Assembly (NCBI GenBank): GCA_964576865.1
Contig: CAZNVK010000002.1
Location: forward strand, 9,692 to 73,691
DNA from: an uncultured Candidatus Poseidoniales archaeon
Lineage (GTDB): Archaea; Thermoplasmatota; Poseidoniia; Poseidoniales; Thalassarchaeaceae
Direction of reading: 5' to 3'
Length of the DNA stretch: 64,000 bases
Shown here one piece after another: positions 34,259-43,062 of the stretch. The stretch's first letter is position 1, and the number at the start of each line of letters is the position of its first letter. A model generated the notes under the pieces. It searched no databases. It was given only the letters and a program-made list of their open reading frames with translations, and had not been told where the DNA came from. A program made the position numbers and the translations under genes.

Positions 34259-34822
34259 ATGCAACATTTGGCACTACTTGCATTCAACAAAGAGCGCTGC
34301 AAGCCGTTTTTTGACCGGCTGACCGAGCTTTTCCACGAGCACCACCACTCCGAGGCGCAAGACGCCGAGGGCTACGAAGAACTGCTTTACCGCGTTCACC
34401 GACCTTATTCGAACGACATGCTAGACATGGTCGATTCTTGGATGGGACTCGAGAAGCGCGATTGGAGAGAGGAGACCACGCGCGAGGTCAAACTCGCAAT
34501 GTACGCGATTCGCTACCCCGACACGCTACTGCTCGACTCCTTCACGCCCAACGCCCGCTCGGACATAGTTCGCCTCTCCGCCTACCTCCACTTCACCCAA
34601 CACACCTACGCAATTTGGGACGAGGATACGCGGACGGGACTGGCTAAGTTAGGGATTGAAATTCCAGCGACCGAGGTCGCTGACCCCTTCATTTACGGCG
34701 CTTATGTCTCGGCGATTGAATTGCTCAAGGATGTGGCTCCGTTCACTTGTTTCCTTGAGCACGATGTTCCGCGGCAGCGCTTGTTCCAGGCTGCTCTTGC
34801 CGCTTATGGAAGAGAAAAGTAA
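34259..34822 (+). CDS. hypothetical protein
   Basis: ATG 34259, just after the upstream stop. No family recognised. Confidence 0.4.
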   Translation: MQHLALLAFNKERCKPFFDRLTELFHEHHHSEAQDAEGYEELLYRVHRPYSNDMLDMVDSWMGLEKRDWREETTREVKLAMYAIRYPDTLLLDSFTPNARSDIVRLSAYLHFTQHTYAIWDEDTRTGLAKLGIEIPATEVADPFIYGAYVSAIELLKDVAPFTCFLEHDVPRQRLFQAALAAYGREK

Positions 34823-34824
34823 GG

Positions 34825-34894
34825 TCTCCCACAACGCTCGCAACGCTCACGATGATGAACAGCCCGTGGCGTTCGTAGTGTTCGCTGTGGGAGG
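34825..34894 (+). repeat. hairpin repeat family copy (diverged)
   Basis: TCTCCCACAACGCTCGCAACGCTCAC...GTTCGTAGTGTTCGCTGTGGGAGG lies between convergent genes. Confidence 0.75.
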
Positions 34895-34902
34895 TTTCAG
34901 TT

Positions 34903-35247
34903 TCAATCGGTTGTGTAACCGATTGTGGCTGATTCGTCATTGGATGACATGACGTAGAGTGATTTCAGATTGACACCGGAATTTCCGAGGCCTCGCGCGA
35001 AGCCGGCGAGGGCTCCCGGGCGGTGGTCGAGTTTTGCGCTCTTGAGGTCGGAAATGGTGTACTCCGCCCCTATCCCGTCGAGGGCTGCGATGGTCCCTGC
35101 GTGGTTATCGGTTAGGATCGCTGCAGAGGCTGACCCGTCGCCGATGGCGACGATGGCGAGGATGTTGACTCCTTCTTTGGCTATTGCATCACAGTGATCT
35201 GCCAATGCGCCCGGCTCGTCGTTCATCACTATCCTGAATTCCTTCAT
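34903..35247 (-). CDS. ACT-domain protein
   Basis: Two ACT-like units (IVMNDEPGALADHCDAIAKEGVNILAI; LDHRPGALAGFARGLGNSGVNL). ATG 35247 (TTG 35277). Confidence 0.55.
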   Translation of the reverse strand: MKEFRIVMNDEPGALADHCDAIAKEGVNILAIVAIGDGSASAAILTDNHAGTIAALDGIGAEYTISDLKSAKLDHRPGALAGFARGLGNSGVNLKSLYVMSSNDESATIGYTTD

Positions 35248-35336
35248 GACGAGCGATTGAAGGTGTTTCGCCTTCAATCCTTCGCAGGTGGATCTGGAGG
35301 GAACGGCTATGGCGCTGTTGCCGGTGGCGAGGTTCG

Positions 35337-36227
35337 ATGGATGTGCGTGTGGTCGCTGTCATCGGCGCCGGTACGATGGGTGCTGGAATCGCTCAGGTTT
35401 GCGCCCAAGTCGGATGGGAGACTCGTTTATTCGATGCTTTTCCCGAGGGCTTGGCCAAGGGCATGTATGCAATCGATGCCTTCTGGGACAAGGGGATTGC
35501 GCGAAGTAAGACGACCGCTGAGCAGAAGGCTGAGTGGTCGGGCAATCTGACTGCCGTAGCCGATATGGGCGAGGCGGTCGGCGGCGCTGATTTGGTGATT
35601 GAGGCCGTGCCCGAAATCATGGATTTGAAGCAGAAGATTTTCCGCGATTTGGAAGCGCTCGCGCCGGCTCATGCAGTGCTTGCGACGAATACTTCGGGGC
35701 TTCCTATCGGCGCGATTGCAGCGGCTACCGGGTGCGCCGACCGAGTGATTGGAATGCACTTTTTCAATCCGGTTCCAATCATGAAATTGCTTGAAATCGT
35801 TCGTCACGATGCTTGCTCGGATGAAACCGTAGCAGCCGCTCAGTCCATCGGTTCTGCGATGGGCAAGGAGACGATTCTGGTTCGTGACGTCCCCGGATTT
35901 GCGACAAGCAGGCTCGGGGTCGTGCTTGGAAATGAGGCGATTCGGATGCTCGCTGACGGAGTTGCCAGCGCATCCGATATCGACACGGCGATGCGTCTTG
36001 GATACAGGCACCCGATGGGACCGTTGGAGTTGACCGACTTGGTCGGTTTAGACGTTCGCCGTGACATTCTGAATAATCTGGCTGAGGCTTTTGGCGACGA
36101 TGCATATCGGCCTCAGCCTCTGTTGGAGGCCTTGGTTGCCGAGGGCAGTTTGGGTAAGAAATCGGGGAAGGGGATCTACGATTGGTCGAGCGGTGAGAAG
36201 GTCGAGCGAGACGATTTCCCATTGTGA
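35337..36227 (+). CDS. hbd: 3-hydroxyacyl-CoA (3-hydroxybutyryl-CoA) dehydrogenase
   Basis: VAVIGAGTMGAGIAQV.., HFFNPVP, full-length similarity. Confidence 0.85.
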   Translation: MDVRVVAVIGAGTMGAGIAQVCAQVGWETRLFDAFPEGLAKGMYAIDAFWDKGIARSKTTAEQKAEWSGNLTAVADMGEAVGGADLVIEAVPEIMDLKQKIFRDLEALAPAHAVLATNTSGLPIGAIAAATGCADRVIGMHFFNPVPIMKLLEIVRHDACSDETVAAAQSIGSAMGKETILVRDVPGFATSRLGVVLGNEAIRMLADGVASASDIDTAMRLGYRHPMGPLELTDLVGLDVRRDILNNLAEAFGDDAYRPQPLLEALVAEGSLGKKSGKGIYDWSSGEKVERDDFPL

Positions 36228-36239
36228 GGAGGGAGCGGT

Positions 36240-36512
36240 TTGTCGATTCCACTCTGGGTCGAAGTTATCGGTGTCGCAGCCGGTTTTTTGGGTGTAATCG
36301 CTTGGTTTCCACAAATTCGCAAAGTCTGGTCTGAAGGAAAACACGAGGGAATTTCACTGCCAACATTCGCCTTGGTATCGCTTTCTCTGAGCCTGTGGTT
36401 GATCTACGGCTTGGTCATCAAGTCCGTGGCAATGACGCTGGCCAATATCGCTGCACTGTCCTGCATCATCGCCATCATCGTCGGCGTGATTCGACTACGC
36501 GGTTTTGATTGA
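36240..36512 (+). CDS. SemiSWEET / PQ-loop family transporter
   Basis: 90 aa, 3 TMs, PQ motif (AWFPQIRKVW). TTG start. Confidence 0.65.
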   Translation: MSIPLWVEVIGVAAGFLGVIAWFPQIRKVWSEGKHEGISLPTFALVSLSLSLWLIYGLVIKSVAMTLANIAALSCIIAIIVGVIRLRGFD

Positions 36513-36513
36513 A

Positions 36514-37311
36514 TCACTCTTCTTCAGAGCGCCCAAAGGTGGGCGCTCGCTTCTCAAGGAAAGCCGAGACTCCTTCTTGGAAATCCGGCGTCAAACTCGC
36601 CGAGGTGATGAGTGCCTTCTCGAACTCGAGTTGAGTCTCCATGAATGTCGAGGTCGAGGCATCGAGCAATTGCTTGGTTCCCTGCTTGCTCGCCTCAGCC
36701 CACGCGCCCCACTTTGCTGCTACCTCGATGGCGCGAGGCAGGAGTTCTTCGGCGTCGACAACCTCGTCAACAGCCCCATATTCGAGGGCCTGCGCGCCAG
36801 TCCAAGTCTGGTTATCGAAGAAGAATCGGCGCGCCCGCTGATTCCCAACCAGGCGCGGCAGCAACCAAGTCGAGCCGCCATCAGGAGACAATCCAAGCGA
36901 AAAGAAGGCAGCAGCCAGCCGCGCCTCGGGCACGCAAACTCGGTAATCCGCACAAAGAGCGAGTCCGAGTCCACCACCAGCAGCAGCACCGTTCATCGCC
37001 GCAACAAAAACCGTCGATGAACGCCTCAACCGCAATTCAAGCGGATGCAAAACACCGGTCAACTCACCAACCAAATCGCCGACCGTACCATCATCAATCG
37101 TGTCGGCGAACTCATCGATATCAGCACCGGTACAGAAGAATCGACCCGTCCCCGTCAGAACGATCGCCTTGCAAGACGGGTCGTCCAATAAGCCACCCAA
37201 CACAGCTGAAATCTCGTGTATCGAATCGCGAGAGAAGGCATTTCGAGCAGCAGCCTCGGACAGTGTGACCACAGCGACCCCACCGTCGTGACGCCCTACC
37301 TCGATACCCAT
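36514..37311 (-). CDS. enoyl-CoA hydratase/isomerase family protein
   Basis: FCTGADI.., AAMNGAAAGGGLGLALCADYR. Confidence 0.8.
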   Translation of the reverse strand: MGIEVGRHDGGVAVVTLSEAAARNAFSRDSIHEISAVLGGLLDDPSCKAIVLTGTGRFFCTGADIDEFADTIDDGTVGDLVGELTGVLHPLELRLRRSSTVFVAAMNGAAAGGGLGLALCADYRVCVPEARLAAAFFSLGLSPDGGSTWLLPRLVGNQRARRFFFDNQTWTGAQALEYGAVDEVVDAEELLPRAIEVAAKWGAWAEASKQGTKQLLDASTSTFMETQLEFEKALITSASLTPDFQEGVSAFLEKRAPTFGRSEEE

Positions 37312-37379
37312 GACCCCCCAGCAAAGACTCCACTTTTAGTCTGCATGAATCTGATAAGTCGCCCCGCGTTGCCCCACCC

Positions 37380-38798
37380 ATGCACGCGCGACACAGTATC
37401 TACATCGATGGAAAATGGGTCGCCGCAAGCGGCGAAGGAACGATTGATGTCATCAACCCAGCAACCGAGCAGTCCATCGGTTCTGTGCCGGTTGGAAGCG
37501 AGGCGGATGTCGACGCCGCAGTAGCCGCAGCGCGCACAGCATTCGCAAGTTGGTCACAATCCTCAATCGAGGAGAGACAGGGATATCTGAACGCGATTTC
37601 AGGCGCTATTAAGGAGCGCGGCGAAGAGATCGCCCAACTGATTACCGCAGAGGTCGGAACGCCGATCAATTACTCGCGAATGGCTATGGTCGGAACCCCA
37701 AGAGTCGTCTCGCGCTCGTACGCGAAGATGCTCGACGAATTCGAGTGGGAAGAAGAGGTTCGCAACTCGCTGATTGTCAAGGAGCCAATCGGTGTTGTCG
37801 GCATGATTACGCCGTGGAATTTCCCGCTTCACCAGATAATCGGCAAGGTCGCCCCCGCCCTCGCTGCAGGTTGCACAATGGTCCTCAAACCCTCGAAAGA
37901 GGCCCCGCTCAACGCCTTCATCCTTGCAGACATAATTCACGAAATTGGGCTGCCCGCGGGCGTGTTCAATCTGGTTTCAGGCCACGGCCGCGAGATCGGC
38001 GAGACACTCGCCGCACACCCCGAAGTCGATTGTGTGAGTTTCACAGGATCGACGGCCGCAGGTGTCAGCGTATCGAAGGCGGCCGCACCAACCGTCAAGC
38101 GCGTCACCCTCGAACTCGGTGGAAAGAGCGCGAACATCATTCTCGATGACGCGGACTTCAAGCGAGCAGCAAGCGCTTCAGTACACGCTTGCTTCTCGAA
38201 CACGGGCCAGGAGTGCTCAGCTCTGACCCGTCTCCTCGTGCCCGAGTCACACGCTGAAGAAATCATCGAAATGGTCGCCGCAAAGGTCGCAGGATATCGA
38301 GTCGGCGACCCATTAGACGAATCGAACCGGTGCGGTCCGGTGGCGAGTAAGAAGCAACAGGAGACCGTTCAGCATTACATTTCAACAGCCATCGAAGAAG
38401 GTGCGAATCTGCTCGCTGGAGGAGTGGGAAGTCCCGAAGGATTGGAGTCAGGATACTACGTCCGACCAACCGCTTTTTCAGGCGTGACTTCCGAAATGAC
38501 GCTATTCCGTGAAGAGGTCTTTGGGCCGGTCTTGGCAGTCACGACATATTCGAGTGAGGAAGAAGCAATCGCACTGGCAAATGACTCCGAATACGGGCTT
38601 TCTGGCGGCGTTTGGTCGGGTGACGAAGCACGGGCCATGCGCGTTGCTCGGGCACTGCGAACAGGGCAGGTCAGCATTAATGGTGGCGCGTTCAATATCA
38701 GCGCCCCCTTCGGCGGCTACAAGTTGTCTGGGAATGGACGAGAACTCGGTGTTCACGGGCTTGAAGAGTTCCTCGAAATCAAGGCAATTCAGCGCTGA
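37380..38798 (+). CDS. NAD(P)-dependent aldehyde dehydrogenase
   Basis: ITPWNFP, LELGGKSA, FSNTGQECSA (catalytic Cys), EEVFGPV. Confidence 0.85.
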   Translation: MHARHSIYIDGKWVAASGEGTIDVINPATEQSIGSVPVGSEADVDAAVAAARTAFASWSQSSIEERQGYLNAISGAIKERGEEIAQLITAEVGTPINYSRMAMVGTPRVVSRSYAKMLDEFEWEEEVRNSLIVKEPIGVVGMITPWNFPLHQIIGKVAPALAAGCTMVLKPSKEAPLNAFILADIIHEIGLPAGVFNLVSGHGREIGETLAAHPEVDCVSFTGSTAAGVSVSKAAAPTVKRVTLELGGKSANIILDDADFKRAASASVHACFSNTGQECSALTRLLVPESHAEEIIEMVAAKVAGYRVGDPLDESNRCGPVASKKQQETVQHYISTAIEEGANLLAGGVGSPEGLESGYYVRPTAFSGVTSEMTLFREEVFGPVLAVTTYSSEEEAIALANDSEYGLSGGVWSGDEARAMRVARALRTGQVSINGGAFNISAPFGGYKLSGNGRELGVHGLEEFLEIKAIQR

Positions 38799-38819
38799 GG
38801 GAGCCGCGGTGGTGAGAAA

Positions 38820-39401
38820 ATGGTCGGCAGATTGCTGATCATTTGTGGGGCTAGTGGGGTCGGCAAGTCGACGCTTACTGCGAGGCTTGCCGCCTCGCTC
38901 GAATTCGATAAGGTGGTCTCGACCGACACGATTCGTGAGACTTTGCGAACTACTCTGTCGGTCGAGGAGTCGCCCGCCTTGCACCGTTCCTCATTTCAGC
39001 CGGGCGGGTCAGGCGCGATCGAGGATTGGGCGGCGACGATTGCGCCACTGTGCGAGGCGATTGATGCGGTCATCGCGCGCGAGATGAAGCGAGGTGGAGA
39101 CCTCTTGCTCGAAGGCGTCCACCTCTCGCCCTCATTCGGCATGATCGACGCTTGGCGAGCCGCTGGAGGAACTGCACTCGGCGTCGTCATGCACGTCGAA
39201 GACCCAGAGGAGCACGTTCGAATGATTGCGGCTCGGCGCAAGCATAACGGGCGCCCGGTCAGGCATTATCTCGACCACATCGAGCGCATCCGTGCCATCC
39301 AATCCGAGATGCTACGACTCGCTGAGAACTCCGGTTGGCTAACCCTAGACGTCACCCAAGCTGATGATCCGGTCGGAGAAATCGAGGTATCCATTAGCTG
39401 A
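38820..39401 (+). CDS. P-loop kinase, 2-phosphoglycerate-kinase-like
   Basis: ICGASGVGKSTLTARLAASLEFDKVVSTDTIRETLR matches the 2PGK family N-terminus as I recall it. Confidence 0.55.
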   Translation: MVGRLLIICGASGVGKSTLTARLAASLEFDKVVSTDTIRETLRTTLSVEESPALHRSSFQPGGSGAIEDWAATIAPLCEAIDAVIAREMKRGGDLLLEGVHLSPSFGMIDAWRAAGGTALGVVMHVEDPEEHVRMIAARRKHNGRPVRHYLDHIERIRAIQSEMLRLAENSGWLTLDVTQADDPVGEIEVSIS

Positions 39402-39486
39402 ACACATAACCACTGAGAACTCTGAGCCAAACCGAGATTCTCCTGCCGAACCAAGCCATAAATAGGTCGCGAGTCTAGCGATTTCC

Positions 39487-39762
39487 ATGGACGATGCTCA
39501 AAGAGAGGAGTTAGCCAACAATCTTGTAAATATTGGAAAGAAAATGGACTCGTTAACCTACCGAATTCGTGCCTATCTCAACCCGAGAGTTTTCTTGTTT
39601 CTTGCTCTATTTCTCTACTCAATCGCTATTCTGAATGCCATTGATGAAAATTTCTCAGGTGATGTTCTCTTCTTTTCTCATCTCTGGGCTGTCGCGGGGA
39701 CCGTTTGCCTGATCTTACACTGGATGATGAATCGTGGATGGATTCAGCCCGCGGATCCTTGA
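39487..39762 (+). CDS. small membrane protein
   Basis: 91 aa, two hydrophobic helices. Lower G+C than the neighbours. Confidence 0.35.
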   Translation: MDDAQREELANNLVNIGKKMDSLTYRIRAYLNPRVFLFLALFLYSIAILNAIDENFSGDVLFFSHLWAVAGTVCLILHWMMNRGWIQPADP

Positions 39763-39826
39763 TCTCCGCTCACCCAAATCGAAGCAGCAATTTCCTAAAC
39801 TAACGCAAGGGTACCCTATGACTCGG

Positions 39827-40663
39827 TCAGTTGCCTTTCCACTCAGCATCCTTGCGCTCGAGGAAAGCCTGCACACCGATCTCCTTGTCCTCGGTATCGA
39901 AGAGCGCAACGAATTCCGAGCGCTCGGCCAAAATTCCCTCGCTCAATCCAAGGTCGAGCGCCGCGCGCACAGCCCGCTTACCGACCTTAGCGGTGTAGGG
40001 CGACTTGCGCGCAATCGTCTCAGCGAGTGCCATCGTCACCTCTTGCAATTCTTCGGGCTCGCACACCGAATTGACTAGGCCGAGCCGGTGTGCGTCATCT
40101 GCACCGAGCATTTCCCCAGTCAGCACCATTTCCATCGCTTTGCCGTAGCCGAGAATCGAGCAGAGTCGTTGGGTTCCCCCGCCCCCCGGGATGAGTCCGA
40201 GATTGATTTCGGGAGTGCCGAACTTCGCACGCGAACTCGCCACACGCAGGTCACAAGACAGGGCTAACTCGGTCCCCCCACCCAAGGCGTAGCCATCGAC
40301 CATCGCTATGGTTGGCTTCGATAGATTCCAGACTCGCTCCCAGGCATTATTCTCGAAGAATGGTCGGACATCGTCCGAATTCTTGCCTGCGAACTCGGAG
40401 ATGTCCGCGCCGGCTGCGAATGCTGCCGGCTTGGGTCGCTTGCCTTCGGGTGCCGGCGGCGGAGCGGCTCCCTTGATGACGACAACTCGCACGTCGTCGT
40501 TGGATTCCGCATCACTGCAAGCCTGTTTGAGGGCTTCGTGGGATGCGGCGTTGAGTGCGTTGAGTTTGTCTGGGCGGTTCAGCGTCCAGACCGAGATGAC
40601 TCCGCCGGCCGGGCTGGAACCTTCGACTGGGATGTTTTCGACCAGCAGGACTTCTTCGCTCAT
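39827..40663 (-). CDS. enoyl-CoA hydratase (crotonase)
   Basis: FAAGADISEF, AMVDGYALGGGTELALSCDLRVA, PEINLGLIPGGGGTQRL. Confidence 0.85.
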   Translation of the reverse strand: MSEEVLLVENIPVEGSSPAGGVISVWTLNRPDKLNALNAASHEALKQACSDAESNDDVRVVVIKGAAPPPAPEGKRPKPAAFAAGADISEFAGKNSDDVRPFFENNAWERVWNLSKPTIAMVDGYALGGGTELALSCDLRVASSRAKFGTPEINLGLIPGGGGTQRLCSILGYGKAMEMVLTGEMLGADDAHRLGLVNSVCEPEELQEVTMALAETIARKSPYTAKVGKRAVRAALDLGLSEGILAERSEFVALFDTEDKEIGVQAFLERKDAEWKGN

Positions 40664-40699
40664 GGCTCGGCCAGTGGCGCTCGCCGCTTGAAGATACGC

Positions 40700-41677
40700 T
40701 CACTGAGGAGGTGGGGGTGGCGGCATCCCCGGCATTCCTGGCGGAGGTGGGAAATCGCCCGGCGGAGGCAGAGGTGGCATCCCCGGTGGAGCCGGCACTG
40801 CGGGGTCAACTATCGCTGGTGGCGCCGGTGCTTCGGCCTGCTTCTCAGGCACCTGTAGAGGAGTTCGCAACTTGAGTATGCGTGATTCGTCAATGCGCAC
40901 GTAGGAGACGCCGAGCGGAGTCGAATCATCGGGATTCTCCGGCTCGTCGATAACGGTCAAACCATGATCTGGACGGTTCAGCAGAGCACCGAGGTCCTCA
41001 CCGTCCTCCAATTCAGTCCACATTCGGACCTTAGCCGCGCGCCGCTCGGCAAGCGCCATTCGGCGGCGGCGCTCAATCCGCCCGCGGATTTCAGCCCGCT
41101 TGACGCGGCGCTCCTCGACATAAGTCTCGATCTCAGACTCCATCTGCGATTGAGCATCCTGCGAGACGACGAGGCGCTGTGCAACATTCTCGCCATCACC
41201 AGCGACTGGCGGCGGCAGCGGCGCCGCTGGCGCTGGCATTGGTGGTGGAGCAGGTACACCATCAGGTGCTGGCATTGGCGGAGCGGCCGGCATTCCTGGC
41301 AGTGGAGGGGGAGCGGGTACCCCAGGCATCGGCGGCGCTGGCATTGCAGGCGGTGCAGGCGCCGCAGGCGCAGCGACGCGCCCTCGACTGCGTCGAATCT
41401 TCTCATCGCGCTTGTCGCTGACACTGTCGAGTTCAACCACCGGAGCCGGCAGATCATCCTCCTCCGGCTCCTCATCATCCTCCAGCGTTACACTCGGTAC
41501 CTTCGGAGGCTTTGGCATAGGTTGACGACCAGAGAAAACGTAGATGGCCAAAAAGGCGAGAAGGACCGTTCCAGAAGCGATTTGCATTCCAGTTGTCATC
41601 CCGCCCTGAAAGACGAGAAAAAGCGGCGTTCCGACGGCCAAAAGCGTCAGCAGCAGCAGTCGCGTGTACGAAACCAT
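40700..41677 (-). CDS. membrane-anchored proline-rich protein
   Basis: ATG 41677 (GTG 41698). Two N-terminal TMs. Two poly-proline tracts (PAPPMPGVPAPPPLPGMPAAPPMPAP.. and C-terminal PPGMPPLPPPGDFPPPPGMPGMPPPPPPQ) flank a charged helical segment. Confidence 0.5.
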   Translation of the reverse strand: MVSYTRLLLLTLLAVGTPLFLVFQGGMTTGMQIASGTVLLAFLAIYVFSGRQPMPKPPKVPSVTLEDDEEPEEDDLPAPVVELDSVSDKRDEKIRRSRGRVAAPAAPAPPAMPAPPMPGVPAPPPLPGMPAAPPMPAPDGVPAPPPMPAPAAPLPPPVAGDGENVAQRLVVSQDAQSQMESEIETYVEERRVKRAEIRGRIERRRRMALAERRAAKVRMWTELEDGEDLGALLNRPDHGLTVIDEPENPDDSTPLGVSYVRIDESRILKLRTPLQVPEKQAEAPAPPAIVDPAVPAPPGMPPLPPPGDFPPPPGMPGMPPPPPPQ

Positions 41678-41714
41678 GCGGAGTCCTCCGGTCGCCACAA
41701 TGGCTTGTCTCTAT

Positions 41715-42338
41715 TCACCTTGACGGGGCGCTGAGAAGGCTCGCAAGTAGGTTCATCGCCTTCGTTCGGTGGGAAATTTGGTTCTTCACCTCAGGTCCGA
41801 GTTCTCCGAACGTGCGCTCGTTTGGGGTGCTCGCATGGGAAGCGATGGTCGGTAAATCTGGGATGAAAATTGGGTCGTATCCAAAGCCGTGGCTGCCGCG
41901 GGGTTGGGTAGCGATTTTGCCGCGGCAGACGCCGTCCGACTGCCAGTGGTGATCACCGTTGGACAGGATTGCGACCGCGCGATATTCTGCTCCACGGTCG
42001 CCCGCTTGATTGACTCGTTCGATAATGCCGGTGAGACCGAGTTGGCGCTCGATATCTGCTGATTCTGCGCCGGGCCATTCGGGGAAGGCGTCGAGGAAGA
42101 TGCCGGAATCCTCGACGAGGATCGCGCTCCCCTCGTGTTCTGTTCCTTTGATGAGCGCGAGGGCTTGGGTGATTTTTGCTTGGGCGACGGCCGCGAGCCC
42201 GAGATGTTTGGGTTCGTCGAACTCGGGGCGCTGGCCGTCGATAACGAGGCCCTCGACAGAGTGTCCGAGAGGCTCGAGCACTTGGCGGGCCTCGGTGATT
42301 TTGTTTTGGTTGCCTGTGGCGAAGAGGATGCGCATCAT
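41715..42338 (-). CDS. rdgB: non-canonical purine NTP pyrophosphatase (RdgB/HAM1)
   Basis: ILFATGNQNKITEA.., ..FGYDPIF... Confidence 0.85.
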   Translation of the reverse strand: MMRILFATGNQNKITEARQVLEPLGHSVEGLVIDGQRPEFDEPKHLGLAAVAQAKITQALALIKGTEHEGSAILVEDSGIFLDAFPEWPGAESADIERQLGLTGIIERVNQAGDRGAEYRAVAILSNGDHHWQSDGVCRGKIATQPRGSHGFGYDPIFIPDLPTIASHASTPNERTFGELGPEVKNQISHRTKAMNLLASLLSAPSR

Positions 42339-42344
42339 CTCGCC

Positions 42345-43004
42345 TCAGGCATGGTATCTGACGCGGCCGCGGATGGCGTCAAAGCGTTCGACGACCTCGG
42401 CCGCGGTCGGACTCGTTCCCGAGTCCGCGGCGCGGTATCCCTCGAGCATTGTGTCAACCGCGCCGTCCAATGTGTGATGGCTGGCGGTGAGGCACTCGTT
42501 GAGCACCTGCAGGTCGAGGCCGAGTTGTTCGATTTCAGGTGCGATGCGCGCGAGGCCGAAATCGATGAGGCTCAATTCTCCGGCCTCGTCGATCATCACA
42601 TTGTGTGTAGTTAGGTCGCCGTGGGCGACCTCGGCTTCGTGCAGCCGACGAATCAAACCGCCGAAGCCGCGAACCGCTTCCAATCCGGCCGCTCCATCCT
42701 GCAAAGCCTCGTAGAGTGGCCGACCATCGATGCGCGAAAGCAGCATCCAACCATCCTCCGCATCGACATCCAGCAAAGCAGGCGAAGGAAATCCAATTCC
42801 TTGCAAGCGCGCCAGAATCCGCGCCTCAGCCGACAATCTCTGGCGCGTCAACTTCCGGTCGAGCGAAGGGTGCCGATAGGCTCGCGGTTCGCGCTTTTTT
42901 AGCACGGCGGAACGGCCCATCCATGACCCCGCCGTCGCTGTCGCTTCAGCCCCGATGTGGAGGACCTTCTCCACCTTCCACATCGGTATCCGCTCCTCAG
43001 CCAT
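42345..43004 (-). CDS. bud32: Kae1-associated kinase Bud32
   Basis: ORF trimmed to ATG 43004. GAEATA.., HGDLTTHNVMI, IDFGLA. Confidence 0.75.
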   Translation of the reverse strand: MAEERIPMWKVEKVLHIGAEATATAGSWMGRSAVLKKREPRAYRHPSLDRKLTRQRLSAEARILARLQGIGFPSPALLDVDAEDGWMLLSRIDGRPLYEALQDGAAGLEAVRGFGGLIRRLHEAEVAHGDLTTHNVMIDEAGELSLIDFGLARIAPEIEQLGLDLQVLNECLTASHHTLDGAVDTMLEGYRAADSGTSPTAAEVVERFDAIRGRVRYHA

Positions 43005-43062
43005 ACCCCGCCGAGATGAGATGCCTTGAAAGCGGTTGCACCGGAGGCAGCAGCGAGCACAG

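Noticed and set aside
33435-34283. A 282-aa antisense ORF over the BoxB-like gene
   Set aside because: It has no recognisable features. The plus-strand frame carries the conserved di-iron motifs.
40964-41734. A 256-aa plus-strand ORF opposite the proline-rich gene
   Set aside because: It is extremely Arg/Trp-rich (the complement of the Pro codons). I kept the minus-strand model because it has TM helices and an ATG. The strand call is flagged as needing confirmation.
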